Positions 32,343 to 42,700 of a DNA stretch of 64,000 nt are shown piece after piece (the first letter of the stretch is position 1; each line of letters starts with the position of its first letter). The notes under the pieces were generated by a model that had not been told where the DNA came from, did not search any database, and saw only the letters and a program-made list of their open reading frames with translations. Position numbers and translations under genes: made by a program. Source of the DNA: a virus; the IMG/VR virus record IMGVR_UViG_3300045988_108496, positions 21,921 to 85,920 of that record; one strand, 5' to 3'.

Positions 32343-34334
32343 TCATCTTCCACTCGGCAGCACAAACCAACCGCCACCGCCACGGAAGAATTTGTAACCT
32401 AAATACAGAGTATCGAAGGCATCCGTGAAGTCGGTACGTTGCTGTAAGGGCAGTGTGTCCTCACTTTCTGGCTTCTTTTCGCCCGACTTATCCTTATGAA
32501 ATCCTTTGTACGAAATCTGCACTTCGCAGAGCTGCATGGCTATGATAAGATCGGGGTTGTTTATTTGGTTAATACGGATGGCGGGGTAGGAGAGGTGAGC
32601 AAGACCGTCGTTAATGATTTGATGTTTCACCTCGTGCTTTTCCGGCGCACCCATGTCTATTGCTGTCACGTTCCAACCTCGTTTCTCCAGTTCTGCAATC
32701 ACTATCATATAGAAGCGTTCGTCGCTTGAAGCGTACGAGGCTCCCTGCTTGGCAGTGGAATCGTAGAAATACGTCACGTCGCGGTTGACGGCTCGCTTCG
32801 GAGCGTAGTAGTCTGAAAAATCGGCAATTAGTTCGCGTAGTTTGCGCTCGTTCTTTACGTAAAAACTCTTTATCACATTCAGACACTCCATGCCGTCACG
32901 CGCGTAGCCTTGTCCCACAACGAGTGTATTGATGTTAGCGTTATAGTCGAGAGCTATATATAGAGGCAGGGAGTTGATGCAGTCGGAATCCATGCGGCAG
33001 TCGTTGCGCTCGGCGAGTTCCTGGAAGTCGGGTTGGTAACTCTCGCTTGTGATGCGTTTGCCGTTGATGATGCCACTTACCTTTTGTGTGCTAAAATTCG
33101 CCTGATTAAGAACATCATCATCTGGGATATAACCGTGAACATGATCAATGTCGAGGTTGGAATAAAAGCCATCGTTCGATTTCTGTATCTTGACGTTAAG
33201 AATTGAGACCGCGAAGGTGTATGGCGGAAGGTCACGCTTCATCTGACGAATATAGTCTTCGCCCAAAATATCCACATTGTCGAGCGATGACGCACGGCGC
33301 ACGCAGAAAGCCACACGGCGCAGCTCACGCAGATAACCATCAGTGAACTTCTTTGAGCGCAGAAACATCTGCATCTCGAAATCTTCTTCTGGCGTGATAA
33401 GATACTCATAATCGTAAATTAGTTCGGCATCGTCCTGTGGAATGAGTTTATAGTTGACAGCCATCTCCACCATACCCTTTGTGACGTGTTGGCCATGGTT
33501 GGGCATTATCTTGAACTGCCCCTCATGCTTCATCATCTTCAGAGCCACGGCACGGATCATCGTGCGCAAATCCTTCGGCACCACATGAACTGAGTGACTG
33601 TTCTTCTTGGCGTTATACAGCAGGTCGTTGTAGCGTATCACCTTATTTGCATAATCCTCCAACTGCTCCTGCACCCATCGGTAAGTCTTGCCCTTGAACG
33701 GACCCGTCTCTACGGTCAGGTCCAGTTTCTCCTCCTCTTTCTCCAGCCACGAACCTTTGGCAGTGAGCGAGGCATCCGAGAGAAAGCGTGTTGATTTATA
33801 CATCGGGTTGTGGTCAGAGAAGTTGATGTCGCCCAGCGGATGCGTCTGACCTGAAAGAGCCGGCATCAATTCGTCTGTTACTTTCTTATACGGGAAGAAT
33901 CTCGCCTCGTCGCCCACCATTGCCGAGAACGTGTAGGAGTTGGCAGAGGCAGTCTGCGAGAGAGATATAAGAACCCATCCGGCACCATTCGCCAGCCAAA
34001 TATAGTTGTCGTAGTTCTTAGGTTTGAAGATACTCTCGCGAGCATGTTTCGGCGGTCGTCCCCACCCAAAGTGGATGCCCTGCGTAAAGCCGAACATACG
34101 CTCCATAGCCGCCATCGTACTCGGGATGGTCTTACCGAAGCCCTGTTGACGCGACACTGCCACCCATGCGCCGAGCATACCAGGCATGGAGTTGCTTGCC
34201 GTCCAGACGTAAGGAGCCACCAAACCATCGGTCTTACCCACACGGCGGGCAGCAATCACTCGCTCGTCTTTGGATCCCATGTATAGCGACTGCTGCTGGA
34301 ACTTAGTTAAGTAAATATTATGTGCTTGCTGCAT
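32343..34334 (-). CDS. terL: terminase large subunit
   Basis: 663 aa. Walker A-like AARRVGKTDG and Walker B FSAMVGDEARFF. Size and two-domain length are typical of TerL. Confidence 0.85.
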   Translation of the reverse strand: MQQAHNIYLTKFQQQSLYMGSKDERVIAARRVGKTDGLVAPYVWTASNSMPGMLGAWVAVSRQQGFGKTIPSTMAAMERMFGFTQGIHFGWGRPPKHARESIFKPKNYDNYIWLANGAGWVLISLSQTASANSYTFSAMVGDEARFFPYKKVTDELMPALSGQTHPLGDINFSDHNPMYKSTRFLSDASLTAKGSWLEKEEEKLDLTVETGPFKGKTYRWVQEQLEDYANKVIRYNDLLYNAKKNSHSVHVVPKDLRTMIRAVALKMMKHEGQFKIMPNHGQHVTKGMVEMAVNYKLIPQDDAELIYDYEYLITPEEDFEMQMFLRSKKFTDGYLRELRRVAFCVRRASSLDNVDILGEDYIRQMKRDLPPYTFAVSILNVKIQKSNDGFYSNLDIDHVHGYIPDDDVLNQANFSTQKVSGIINGKRITSESYQPDFQELAERNDCRMDSDCINSLPLYIALDYNANINTLVVGQGYARDGMECLNVIKSFYVKNERKLRELIADFSDYYAPKRAVNRDVTYFYDSTAKQGASYASSDERFYMIVIAELEKRGWNVTAIDMGAPEKHEVKHQIINDGLAHLSYPAIRINQINNPDLIIAMQLCEVQISYKGFHKDKSGEKKPESEDTLPLQQRTDFTDAFDTLYLGYKFFRGGGGWFVLPSGR

Positions 34335-34336
34335 TG

Positions 34337-34564
34337 TTATCCTGATGTTTTATGTCCTACATGCCATTTATTGCACGTCCTGCACCGGTACACCGTATAT
34401 CTCTGTGCTTTGAGATTCGGGTTCTCTTGTAAGAACTCCCAAGCATCATCCTCGGTCTCGTATGTTTTCTTCGCCTTCCATGAGTGCTGCTTGCGAGTGT
34501 AGTGTTCGGGGTCCGGCTTGAACGGCGGAACCTTGTTGAAGTATTTGTGTCGGTTGTTACTCAT
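34337..34564 (-). CDS. small basic protein with CxxC-x-H element
   Basis: 75 aa containing YRCRTCNKWHVGH. Its stop lies 3 nt before the terL start. Confidence 0.55.
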   Translation of the reverse strand: MSNNRHKYFNKVPPFKPDPEHYTRKQHSWKAKKTYETEDDAWEFLQENPNLKAQRYTVYRCRTCNKWHVGHKTSG

Positions 34565-34609
34565 GTGTTGTTTTTGTGTTGTTTTGTGTTTTCTGTTGTT
34601 CAGTTCCCG

Positions 34610-35203
34610 TCAGTTAAACCACTTCACAGTTGTCTCGCCCTTATACCCTTTCTCCCACACGAACCATGCGTAAGCCGCTGCGCTGCTGCCGTACTTGTCG
34701 AAGTCGCCATTCATAGCACATTTCAGTCGCGACGAACTTACCCAAACACGAATGGGGGGGGTAGAACGGAAGAGATCGCGTCGGGCCTTGCCTTCGAGGA
34801 AAGTCAGCTTTAGGAACATCGCCACTTTCTTACCTTCGGGAATTATGCTCAGAGCTTTCTCAACGAACTGCTGCGCATATTTGTAGGGTGGATTGGTCAC
34901 GATGTTCCCGTTCCACACCAAGTTGTCTATTGCGAGGAAGTCAGCCACCTCACCGTAACCTCTATCCACAAGGTCGCGGCTCACCACCTCATACCCTGCC
35001 GCCTTCAGCGCCTCGCTTATGTGTCCTTCGCCACACGCAGGTTCCAATATTCTACCGTCGAATTGTTCCAACCGGCAAAGCCACTCCGTAGCTTTTGGCT
35101 CCGTAGCGTAATAGTCCTCACGCTGTCGTTCTCCGTCAGCATGATTACTCGCTCCTAATGTCTTGAACACGGCAGCCGAGCCGCCCACCCAGTCCTTAGC
35201 CAT
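34610..35203 (-). CDS. N6-adenine (or N4-cytosine) DNA methyltransferase
   Basis: SAM motif ILEPACGEGH and catalytic motif IVTNPPY. Contains a G8/C8 tract at 34754-34761 (codons TPPI). Confidence 0.85.
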   Translation of the reverse strand: MAKDWVGGSAAVFKTLGASNHADGERQREDYYATEPKATEWLCRLEQFDGRILEPACGEGHISEALKAAGYEVVSRDLVDRGYGEVADFLAIDNLVWNGNIVTNPPYKYAQQFVEKALSIIPEGKKVAMFLKLTFLEGKARRDLFRSTPPIRVWVSSSRLKCAMNGDFDKYGSSAAAYAWFVWEKGYKGETTVKWFN

Positions 35204-35245
35204 TGTGAACCTCCTTTCCGCATTTAATTGAATAGTTCATGTCTT

Positions 35246-35575
35246 TTACATTTTAAATTGTCTTTTCAAGAAAGGATTGCTCTTTATGAGTTCTATCATT
35301 TCCTCCTCTGAGTGTAAACCCTCCCAAAATACTTCAGTATGTGAATATCTTCTTTCGTCGTCAATGGAGAACGGCACGGCATAGTTGGTATATATAACGC
35401 CGTGATGTTTTATCAAGTGGCGACCTGGATTCTTGTAGATATTATCGATCCACGTCTCGTTGTTACATTCAGTCCATATTTTGTATTCTTCGTGGGTAAG
35501 GCCTTTGTCGATACCAATAGGATAGTGACTTGCCCTGCCGTTGCCTTCTGTCCCAAAATAGATAATCTTTGCCAT
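35246..35575 (-). CDS. hypothetical protein
   Basis: 109-aa ORF in the same minus-strand operon. Confidence 0.6.
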   Translation of the reverse strand: MAKIIYFGTEGNGRASHYPIGIDKGLTHEEYKIWTECNNETWIDNIYKNPGRHLIKHHGVIYTNYAVPFSIDDERRYSHTEVFWEGLHSEEEMIELIKSNPFLKRQFKM

Positions 35576-35595
35576 ATCGTGATTGTTTATGTTGT

Positions 35596-36507
35596 TTATA
35601 ATGTCAAGTCAATACCAAACTCTCTTTCCAAAAACTCCTTCCAGTCCGGTTTCCCGAACAGCGAAACGTTAGCCTTCTTCCAGTCCTTTTCGCGAGGGAA
35701 AAACACGTCACGCGTAAACCATTCGTACACGTTGTCGTAGCGTTGGCGAACCTTTGCGTCGGGATGATTGTCCCAAAAGCGTTGTCCGGCACGCAGGTAG
35801 GCTCGTGCCATACGCGGATATTCCTTGAAGTAGAGGATGCGCTTGCGCTCTGTGGCGAGTGGGCAACACATACAGCCGAGACGTTTCGACACGTCGATTT
35901 GCCCCCCCCGATTGGTGTAATAGACTGGAGCGAGTGTCAGATGTCGGTCTTCGACGAAAGCCAACACATCATCGTCCGTCCAATCGAGAATAGGGTAAAT
36001 GGCTTCCACATGATTGTCCTCCGTCTTGCGACCGTAAAAACGGCATTCCGTAGGTTCGTTGTATCGCTCATTGCGCTTCGAGCTCTCCGACTTCCTTATG
36101 CCCATGATGCACTTATCTGTAACCTTGTATTCCTTCAACTTCTCGCAACAGAATCGTGAGAAACGGTTAGGGAACCCCTTTTTCGTTACAAGTTGAAAGA
36201 ACGTTTCCTTGGGTCTGAGTATTTCGGCACCCATACGCCCCACATGGGCAATCGTACCTGGAGGATCAATCGTAGTGTTGCGATAAATGGCACGATAGCG
36301 GACACCCGCTTCCTTAGCCAGTTGCAGAATCACGTCAGAGTCTTTGCCGCCCGAATACGCCACCTCTATCTCATCGTCGTATCCATTCTGTATGCCTTGA
36401 AGCAGACGGATGGCACGGTCTATTTTCTTTTGTAAATCCTCTGTTATCATATCGTTGTTTTTGTTACTTATTTTACCCATACCATCAATGGTTTTTATCC
36501 AACCCAT
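35596..36507 (-). CDS. PAPS-reductase-family (PP-loop ATP pyrophosphatase) protein
   Basis: PP-loop VAYSGGKDSDV and downstream Cys pair RLGCMCCPLA. The track start at 36510 is TTG, so the adjacent ATG at 36507 is used. Contains a C8/G8 tract at 35902-35909 (codons RGGQ). Confidence 0.85.
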   Translation of the reverse strand: MGWIKTIDGMGKISNKNNDMITEDLQKKIDRAIRLLQGIQNGYDDEIEVAYSGGKDSDVILQLAKEAGVRYRAIYRNTTIDPPGTIAHVGRMGAEILRPKETFFQLVTKKGFPNRFSRFCCEKLKEYKVTDKCIMGIRKSESSKRNERYNEPTECRFYGRKTEDNHVEAIYPILDWTDDDVLAFVEDRHLTLAPVYYTNRGGQIDVSKRLGCMCCPLATERKRILYFKEYPRMARAYLRAGQRFWDNHPDAKVRQRYDNVYEWFTRDVFFPREKDWKKANVSLFGKPDWKEFLEREFGIDLTL

Positions 36508-36774
36508 CAATGGGTATATTTGCCGAGGTCTGAACCTCCGTTTTTAGGTGCCGACCCTTTTGGTGCAAAGGGCAAAACCTTTGTCATGCTTCGGGCGAAA
36601 CCTTATAGAACTATTGCTTGTATCGAACTATGCCCATTGTTTGTATATAGGTATTGGCATTCCTCAAACCTAAAAATACTTCTCCTATGTTTTCGACAAT
36701 CATATTCCTCATCTTCTGCTGGCTCAAAAATTGTCAATTCGCCTAATTCGTTGTGCGTTTTACTCGAATGGCTA

Positions 36775-37119
36775 CTAAAACAAATAGTGTCTCAAGAGAA
36801 ATTCGTCTAATGGGATATTCACCTCTCCTTCTTTTTCTCCATTAGTTCCGAATATATCGTATCTGCCATACGCATCGAACAGTGGAGTTAATATGACTTT
36901 TTCCTCGTTTCTTATTTCAGCGATGAAAGGTGTAGGGTCTTTGTAGCGTGCATACCATTGTATTTTTTCATTCAGGCGGTGCAAATAGGTTTTTCTTCCC
37001 TGATATTCCACTTCTTCCTGAAACATGAAAATTTCCCCCTTAACGGCTTTGTCGATCAGGCGTTTTATCTTGTTGAACTTTTGCATCTTTTCCTTATTCT
37101 GCGCTTTTTTTATAACCAT
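36775..37119 (-). CDS. hypothetical protein
   Basis: The track ORF (start 37254) overlaps the upstream gene by 160 nt. The internal ATG at 37119 (MVIKKAQNKE) reduces the overlap to 26 nt. Confidence 0.5.
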   Translation of the reverse strand: MVIKKAQNKEKMQKFNKIKRLIDKAVKGEIFMFQEEVEYQGRKTYLHRLNEKIQWYARYKDPTPFIAEIRNEEKVILTPLFDAYGRYDIFGTNGEKEGEVNIPLDEFLLRHYLF

Positions 37120-37876
37120 GGGATACTTCACTCTTCGTTCTTCCCTCTTCACTTTCTGTCTCCATATATTCAAAGTAATCCGGCTCCTCCGGCTTTCCGC
37201 TACTGAGCAGTTCTTCATCCTCGATTTCCTGTAGGTCCTTGGTGGTAAGACCATACTTGCGAGCCATGCGCAGCTTCTCTTCCTCGGTGTAGTTCACGCG
37301 GTCGCGTTTTACGATGCTCACGTCCTGCGTGATGGCAATACGACTCATGTCCGGCATCTCGTCCGTAGCGTCCTTCTCCTCCTGAAAGTTGCCATACACA
37401 TTAGCCAAGGCTTGCATACCTTTATCTACTGCACGATCGTTATTCTGCTGCTTACCCGTGCGTATCAGCCATTCGGCACTGCTCAGATACATAGCCTTGT
37501 GTCGTGGACTCTCGTCGGTCTGGAAGAAACGTATCAGGTGGTTGCATACCAGCACGTCGTTGTTGAGCTCCGTGACGGTACGCGGGCAGATATTGCCCTC
37601 GTCGTCGAGAGTAATCTTCAGCGCAAGCACATACTCCTGCGCCTCCTTATTGCTCTGCGCTGCCTGGTTGAAGAACATCTCATAGTCACGTCGGGCGATA
37701 TTGCGGCACACCGTCCGAGGGTCGATGTCCTTGTTTTGCACCCATCGCTTGTAAAACTCCGAGCATATCTGCATACGGTAGCGTTGCTCCAGCTTCGGGA
37801 ACGCCGTTTCTATACTTGTGCCGTAACTCAACCATTTGTCAATGCGAGCGAGCGTGTTTTGTGTAAGTCCTGACAT
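37094..37876 (-). CDS. hypothetical protein, first gene of packaging operon (small terminase only by position)
   Basis: The track start at 37963 is GTG. ATG 37876 (MSGLTQNTLARIDKW) has the usual A-rich leader. ATG 37933 is an alternative start. Confidence 0.55.
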   Translation of the reverse strand: MSGLTQNTLARIDKWLSYGTSIETAFPKLEQRYRMQICSEFYKRWVQNKDIDPRTVCRNIARRDYEMFFNQAAQSNKEAQEYVLALKITLDDEGNICPRTVTELNNDVLVCNHLIRFFQTDESPRHKAMYLSSAEWLIRTGKQQNNDRAVDKGMQALANVYGNFQEEKDATDEMPDMSRIAITQDVSIVKRDRVNYTEEEKLRMARKYGLTTKDLQEIEDEELLSSGKPEEPDYFEYMETESEEGRTKSEVSHGYKKSAE

Positions 37877-37992
37877 ATCATCATTAGTTTTTTTGTTTCT
37901 TGCCTTAAAGTAACAATATTGCCCGTCCCCCATACGGACATACTTAATCTCCCCGTACCCCACAATGTCCGTTATGTGTAGTAACTAATCAG

Positions 37993-38000
37993 TAAATTTG
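37993..38000 (+). promoter_or_regulatory. -7 box TAAATTTG for holin-like gene
   Basis: Lies 45 nt upstream of ATG 38045. Confidence 0.5.
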
Positions 38001-38044
38001 TTGTATAAAATTCAGGACAACAACACAAAAACACAACACAAAAC

Positions 38045-38557
38045 ATGAACAATCCATTCTACGTTTCGCGAGCCATTGCCGCAGTGCTCGGCTTGCTGTG
38101 GGTTCACATCGAACCCTCGATCAATTTTATCACCGTGTGCTTCTTCGCCCTCATCATCGACTGCTATACGGCATGGCGGTGCAACCGTCGCATCTACCAA
38201 AGATACCGCGAAGAGATAAAGCGCAACCCGAAGTGCAAGATGGACGGCAAGTTGCGCTCCAAGAAGATGGCTAAGATGGTATGGACCTTCTCCGTGCTCA
38301 TCATGTGCATCTGCCTCGCCTCATATCTCGACCGTAACATTCTTGGCTATATGAACACCCACCTCGCCAACCAGCTCACCGCCATGTACTGCCTCGTTCA
38401 GTTCGTCAGCATACTTGAAAACGAGAGCACCTGCAACGGAGCAGCTTGGGCAAGAGTGCTGCAAAAGATTGTGGCAGACAAGACCGAGCGACACTTCAAC
38501 GTGAAACTGAAAGAACTGATGAAGGACAAGGAAGCGGAGGAAGCAGCGAAAGAATAA
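38045..38557 (+). CDS. holin-like membrane protein
   Basis: Hydrophobic helices at the N-terminus and middle (AIAAVLGLLWV, FITVCFFALIIDCY, VWTFSVLIMCICLASY) with a charged C-terminal tail. Promoter at 37993-38000. Confidence 0.55.
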   Translation: MNNPFYVSRAIAAVLGLLWVHIEPSINFITVCFFALIIDCYTAWRCNRRIYQRYREEIKRNPKCKMDGKLRSKKMAKMVWTFSVLIMCICLASYLDRNILGYMNTHLANQLTAMYCLVQFVSILENESTCNGAAWARVLQKIVADKTERHFNVKLKELMKDKEAEEAAKE

Positions 38558-38578
38558 CAAACAAAACTAAGCAGCATT

Positions 38579-39169
38579 ATGACAATAAGCAATATCCTTG
38601 AGCATTGGGCTTCCATCTACAAGCCCCTATCTCACAAACCCGAAAGCGAACGCCTCGAAGACCAGAGTTTCTTCCGCATCCGCTACATCGACCTTGAGAA
38701 CATTTTCTCCCGGAACGCCAACATTGTTCATTCACCGTGTATGCTTCAGAGTGTAATTACTACGGGAGAACTCGTTGACGCTCGCAAGGCAGTAGTATCT
38801 CACCAGGTGTGGTTTCTCTTGAAACTAAAAGATGCTCCGCAGACCCTCGGTCGTTATAGCGGTACACAGCTCGAACGTGCCACAAGCGACCTTGTGGAGT
38901 ATTGTGAGCAACTTGTTTCATGGCTCTTTGAAGTGAAGCGTACGGGCGTTTGCCCCGTCACCAAACGCAGTTTTGCTGACGATGCGCAACTTCTTGCCGA
39001 ACTTCGCAGCATCGACCCCGAATCTGTATCGTTTGGCGTTATGCCCGACATCTATGCTAACCAGTGGCTCATAGCAGGAGTGGACTGGAAGAGTCTCAAG
39101 CCGCTTTTTTCTTTTCAATGTGGCATGAACGGGCAGTATATTCTGCCCAAGGACAACAGTCAAGAATAG
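38579..39169 (+). CDS. hypothetical protein (tail-assembly position)
   Basis: 196-aa ORF upstream of the tape measure. Confidence 0.6.
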   Translation: MTISNILEHWASIYKPLSHKPESERLEDQSFFRIRYIDLENIFSRNANIVHSPCMLQSVITTGELVDARKAVVSHQVWFLLKLKDAPQTLGRYSGTQLERATSDLVEYCEQLVSWLFEVKRTGVCPVTKRSFADDAQLLAELRSIDPESVSFGVMPDIYANQWLIAGVDWKSLKPLFSFQCGMNGQYILPKDNSQE

Positions 39170-39179
39170 GAGGTAGGTT

Positions 39180-39755
39180 ATGGCAAGATTTATCTCTCCA
39201 GTACAATCGCCCTTCGCTCCATTGTCGCGTATCGCACCGCTGTATCTCAGTCAGACCCTCATGGACCTTGAGGCAAACATGCAGGCACAACGCATTTATC
39301 CAACAGAAGTATATCGAGGTTACGAGGAGATAAACCAATACCGTAGAGAGCACGGTATGTGGTGGTCTACGGGCGAGGGAGCAAAGTCGTTCGACGGACA
39401 TATCTATCAGGCAGATGATACGTCGGGGTTGCTCACGGTAGGCATCCGCTACAATGACTATCTGCGCTACGTTGACCTTGGTGTCGGCTTGACAGGACAC
39501 CCGTCTGACCCTGCCGCCCACATTACAGCAGACGTGGTAGACCGTCAACGTCCGGCAAGAAACGCCAAACGTTACATTCGTGGCAAATGGAATCGTAGGC
39601 AGGGTAAGTCACACCGTCCAGCCATCCTACGAACCATTCGCCGACTGCGTGACCGATACCGCAACTATCTTGCCGACTTCTATGGCTATCAAGGAGCTAT
39701 AGATATTATACAAGCTCTTGAAGGCTTTGGCGAACACGCCAAGTCTACATTCTAA
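39180..39755 (+). CDS. hypothetical protein (tail-assembly position)
   Basis: 191-aa ORF directly upstream of the tape measure. Confidence 0.6.
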   Translation: MARFISPVQSPFAPLSRIAPLYLSQTLMDLEANMQAQRIYPTEVYRGYEEINQYRREHGMWWSTGEGAKSFDGHIYQADDTSGLLTVGIRYNDYLRYVDLGVGLTGHPSDPAAHITADVVDRQRPARNAKRYIRGKWNRRQGKSHRPAILRTIRRLRDRYRNYLADFYGYQGAIDIIQALEGFGEHAKSTF

Positions 39756-39780
39756 ACACTAACACAATACAAAAACAGAT

Positions 39781-42700
39781 ATGGCAAATTTGAAGACCGA
39801 AGTAATCCTTACGATGAACGGCAAGGCTGCTATTCAGGTGCTCGAAGCCCTGAGAGATAAAGCCAAATCAGTGAGAGAGGAAATAGACCATCTCGACGAG
39901 AAAGCCCCCGATTTCAAGCAGCGCAAAGCCGGGCTGGAAGAAGTGTATAAGGCTTTGCAGTCAGCTGAAACGGATGTTATAAAAGGCACGGAGCGACTGG
40001 ACCATGCCCTTCAGAATCTTACATCAACATCACTCCAAAACCTCCGCAAGGCTTTGGGTGACGGTCGTCGTCAGTTGCAAAGTCTATCAGAAGATGAGCT
40101 GAAGGAAAACGAGGAAATACGCAAGAAAATGAAGCAGGTGGGCGACCAGGTCCGCTTGCTTGAAGGTCAGTATGTCAAGATTCCCGATGGATTAAAGAAT
40201 ATAAAGAACCAGTCAGACCAATGGCTCGACAAGGCCATCAAGCAACAGCGCGACCTCGTAGGCTCATTGGAAAAATCGGATGCGTCGTATCAGCAGAATC
40301 TCGCCACATTGAAGCAGCTGGAAGCCGAGGAGGATAGACGCAAGGGCAAGATGAGCGTGTTGAAGGCACATCAGACTGTGAGCAACGATAATGCTTCGGC
40401 ATCTGATTTGCGCCGAGCCAAGACTACGCTTACTGAGGCCCGCGACAATACACCTACAAAATTTTCTTATACTATTGGCGATTATAATCGTGAGCTCCAG
40501 GAGATAGAGAAGCGATTGGAGGCCGTGTCGGGCAAGACTCAGAAAGCATCAATGAGCTGGAAGCAGATGAAGCAAGTGTTGGCTGAACCCAACAAGGCTT
40601 CGGGCGAAGATATAAAGCGCACGATGGAAGTGATACAGCAGAAGATACAGCAGCTTCCTGCTGGCAGCAAGTATGTAGCCGACCTCCGTCGCCAATACTC
40701 CATGCTCGAACAGACTCTCAAGGGCACTCGTATGTCGCAGAGTGCCCTCAACGACATTCTCGCTCGTAGCAAGCAGGGTAAGGCTTCCCTCGACGAACTG
40801 CGCCGTGCTTACAAGCAACTCGAAGAGGAACTAAACCAAATCAACACCAAGAGCAAGGAGTTTGCCGATAAGCAGAAGTCGATGAAGGAGCTGAAGAAGA
40901 ACATCGACGAGGTGACGGGCGCAGCCAACAAGCAGAGTGGGGCATGGCATACAGCACTGAAGAACCTCACGGCATACGTTGGATTGTTTGCAGCGTTCAA
41001 CAAGGCGAAAGAACTTGTGACGGGTGCCATTAAGAAGAATTTGGAGTATTCAGGTTCGTTGACCGACATCCGTAAGGTCAGCGGTCTGACTATGGAGGAA
41101 GTTAAAAAACTCTCTACTGAGTTGGCCAAAATAGACACCAGAACATCCGTTGATGGACTGGCACAGCTCGCCTATGAGGCATCTAAACTTGGCGTAGGAA
41201 AGTACGGAGTGGAAGGCATGACCCAATTTGTCAGAGCCGCCGATAAAATTAACGTAGCGATCGGCGAGGAAATGGGAGAAAAAGCCCTCCCATCATTGCT
41301 GAAGATGACGGAAGTAATGGGACTTATCCCCAAAATGGGACTCGAAAGATCCATTGAAGCTGTAGGTTCTTCTATGTTTAAGTTGGCTTCTACATCTACT
41401 GCCACGAGCAGTGACATTACTGAGTTTGCAAAGCGATGTACGGGTGTGGCACGAACCGCCGGCATAACAACCGATCAGTTGCTCGCCCTTGGTAGTGCGT
41501 TCAGTGCGCAGATGGCTTCGCCCGAAGTTGCAGCTACTGCCATGTCTAAGTTTATTGTGGCGTTGCAGAAGAACCATAACTTGATAGAAAAAGACCTTGC
41601 TATTCCTGCCGGAACAATCAACAGCATGTACCAGGCAGGTAACGCTATGGATGCTATTGTCCTCATTCTTGAGAAGATGAAAGAGAAGGGCAACATGAAT
41701 GCCCTTGGCGAAATCTTCAAGGACGTAGGAGGTGATGGTCAGCGTCTTATTTCTTCGATGGTTACTATGGCTAAGAATGTGGATATGTTGAAAGACCATC
41801 TCTACGAATCGCAGGAAGCCTTTGAGGAAGCTACAGCCGTAGGTAAAGAATACTCGATGCAGCAGCAGAGTGCCATCGGTATTCTCGAAAGAGCTAACAA
41901 CCTTTGGGAAAAGGCGTTTGTCAATCCTGACGGTGTAGACGCTGTAAAGGGTATGGCGGAATGGTGGTATGAGATGTCGGCAACGATGACAAGCAGTCCG
42001 TTACTGAAAGGCACATTGCTTGTTTCTCTTCAGATGGTTCTTATAGCATTGAAAGCCGTAGCGTCCCTTTTGCCGGTAATCATTGGCTATATAGCTTCAC
42101 AGGGTCTTTATTCTGGTTTGACCCTTCTGTGGCAATACTTGACAGCACTGGGCGTAGCGGTAAAGAGTATGTTTCAATACACAAGAGCTCTCTTCACGGC
42201 TAATGCAGCGCAAAGCACGTTGAACAAGACTATGAAGCTAAACCCCTGGATAGCCCTCGCGAGTGTCATTGTCGGCGTGGCAGGAGCTATATATGGATAT
42301 ACACAACGTGCAAAGGAAGCGGCTGAAGCAGCGAAGGAAGCCGAGAGGCAGGCAAACGCATGGCGATCTACCCTTGGTCAGGCTGCTGTGGAAACAGCAA
42401 ATCTTAACAAGAAGCTCGGAAACTATAAGCGAATGATGAGCGAGTCGAATCTTTCACAAAAGGAACGTCAAGGTCTCATATCTCGATTCAACAAGGATTT
42501 CCGTTCGTATATATCTAACCTCGGTATTGAAATCAAGAGCGTAAAGGATTTGCGCGACCATTATGCAGAATTGGCGCAGGAGGCTCAGCAAGCCACCTAT
42601 TATCGTATGCGAGAACAGGCGAAACAAAAAGTCCTGCCAAAACTCGATGCTGACAGAAACGCCGCCTCGAATGCGTTGACAAGCCAAATGAGCGTTTTGG

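Noticed and set aside
36520-36810. 96-aa plus-strand ORF in the spacer upstream of the PAPS-reductase gene
   Set aside because: It has a non-ATG start, sits in the opposite orientation within a minus-strand operon, and has no promoter box. The spacer more likely carries the minus-strand promoter (CAAACCTA at about 36665).
38579-39755. Programmed -1 frameshift tail-chaperone pair (gpG/gpGT-like) upstream of the tape measure
   Set aside because: The two ORFs are separated by a stop plus a 10-nt spacer with a fresh ATG. I could not find a slippery heptamer with an overlapping extended frame.
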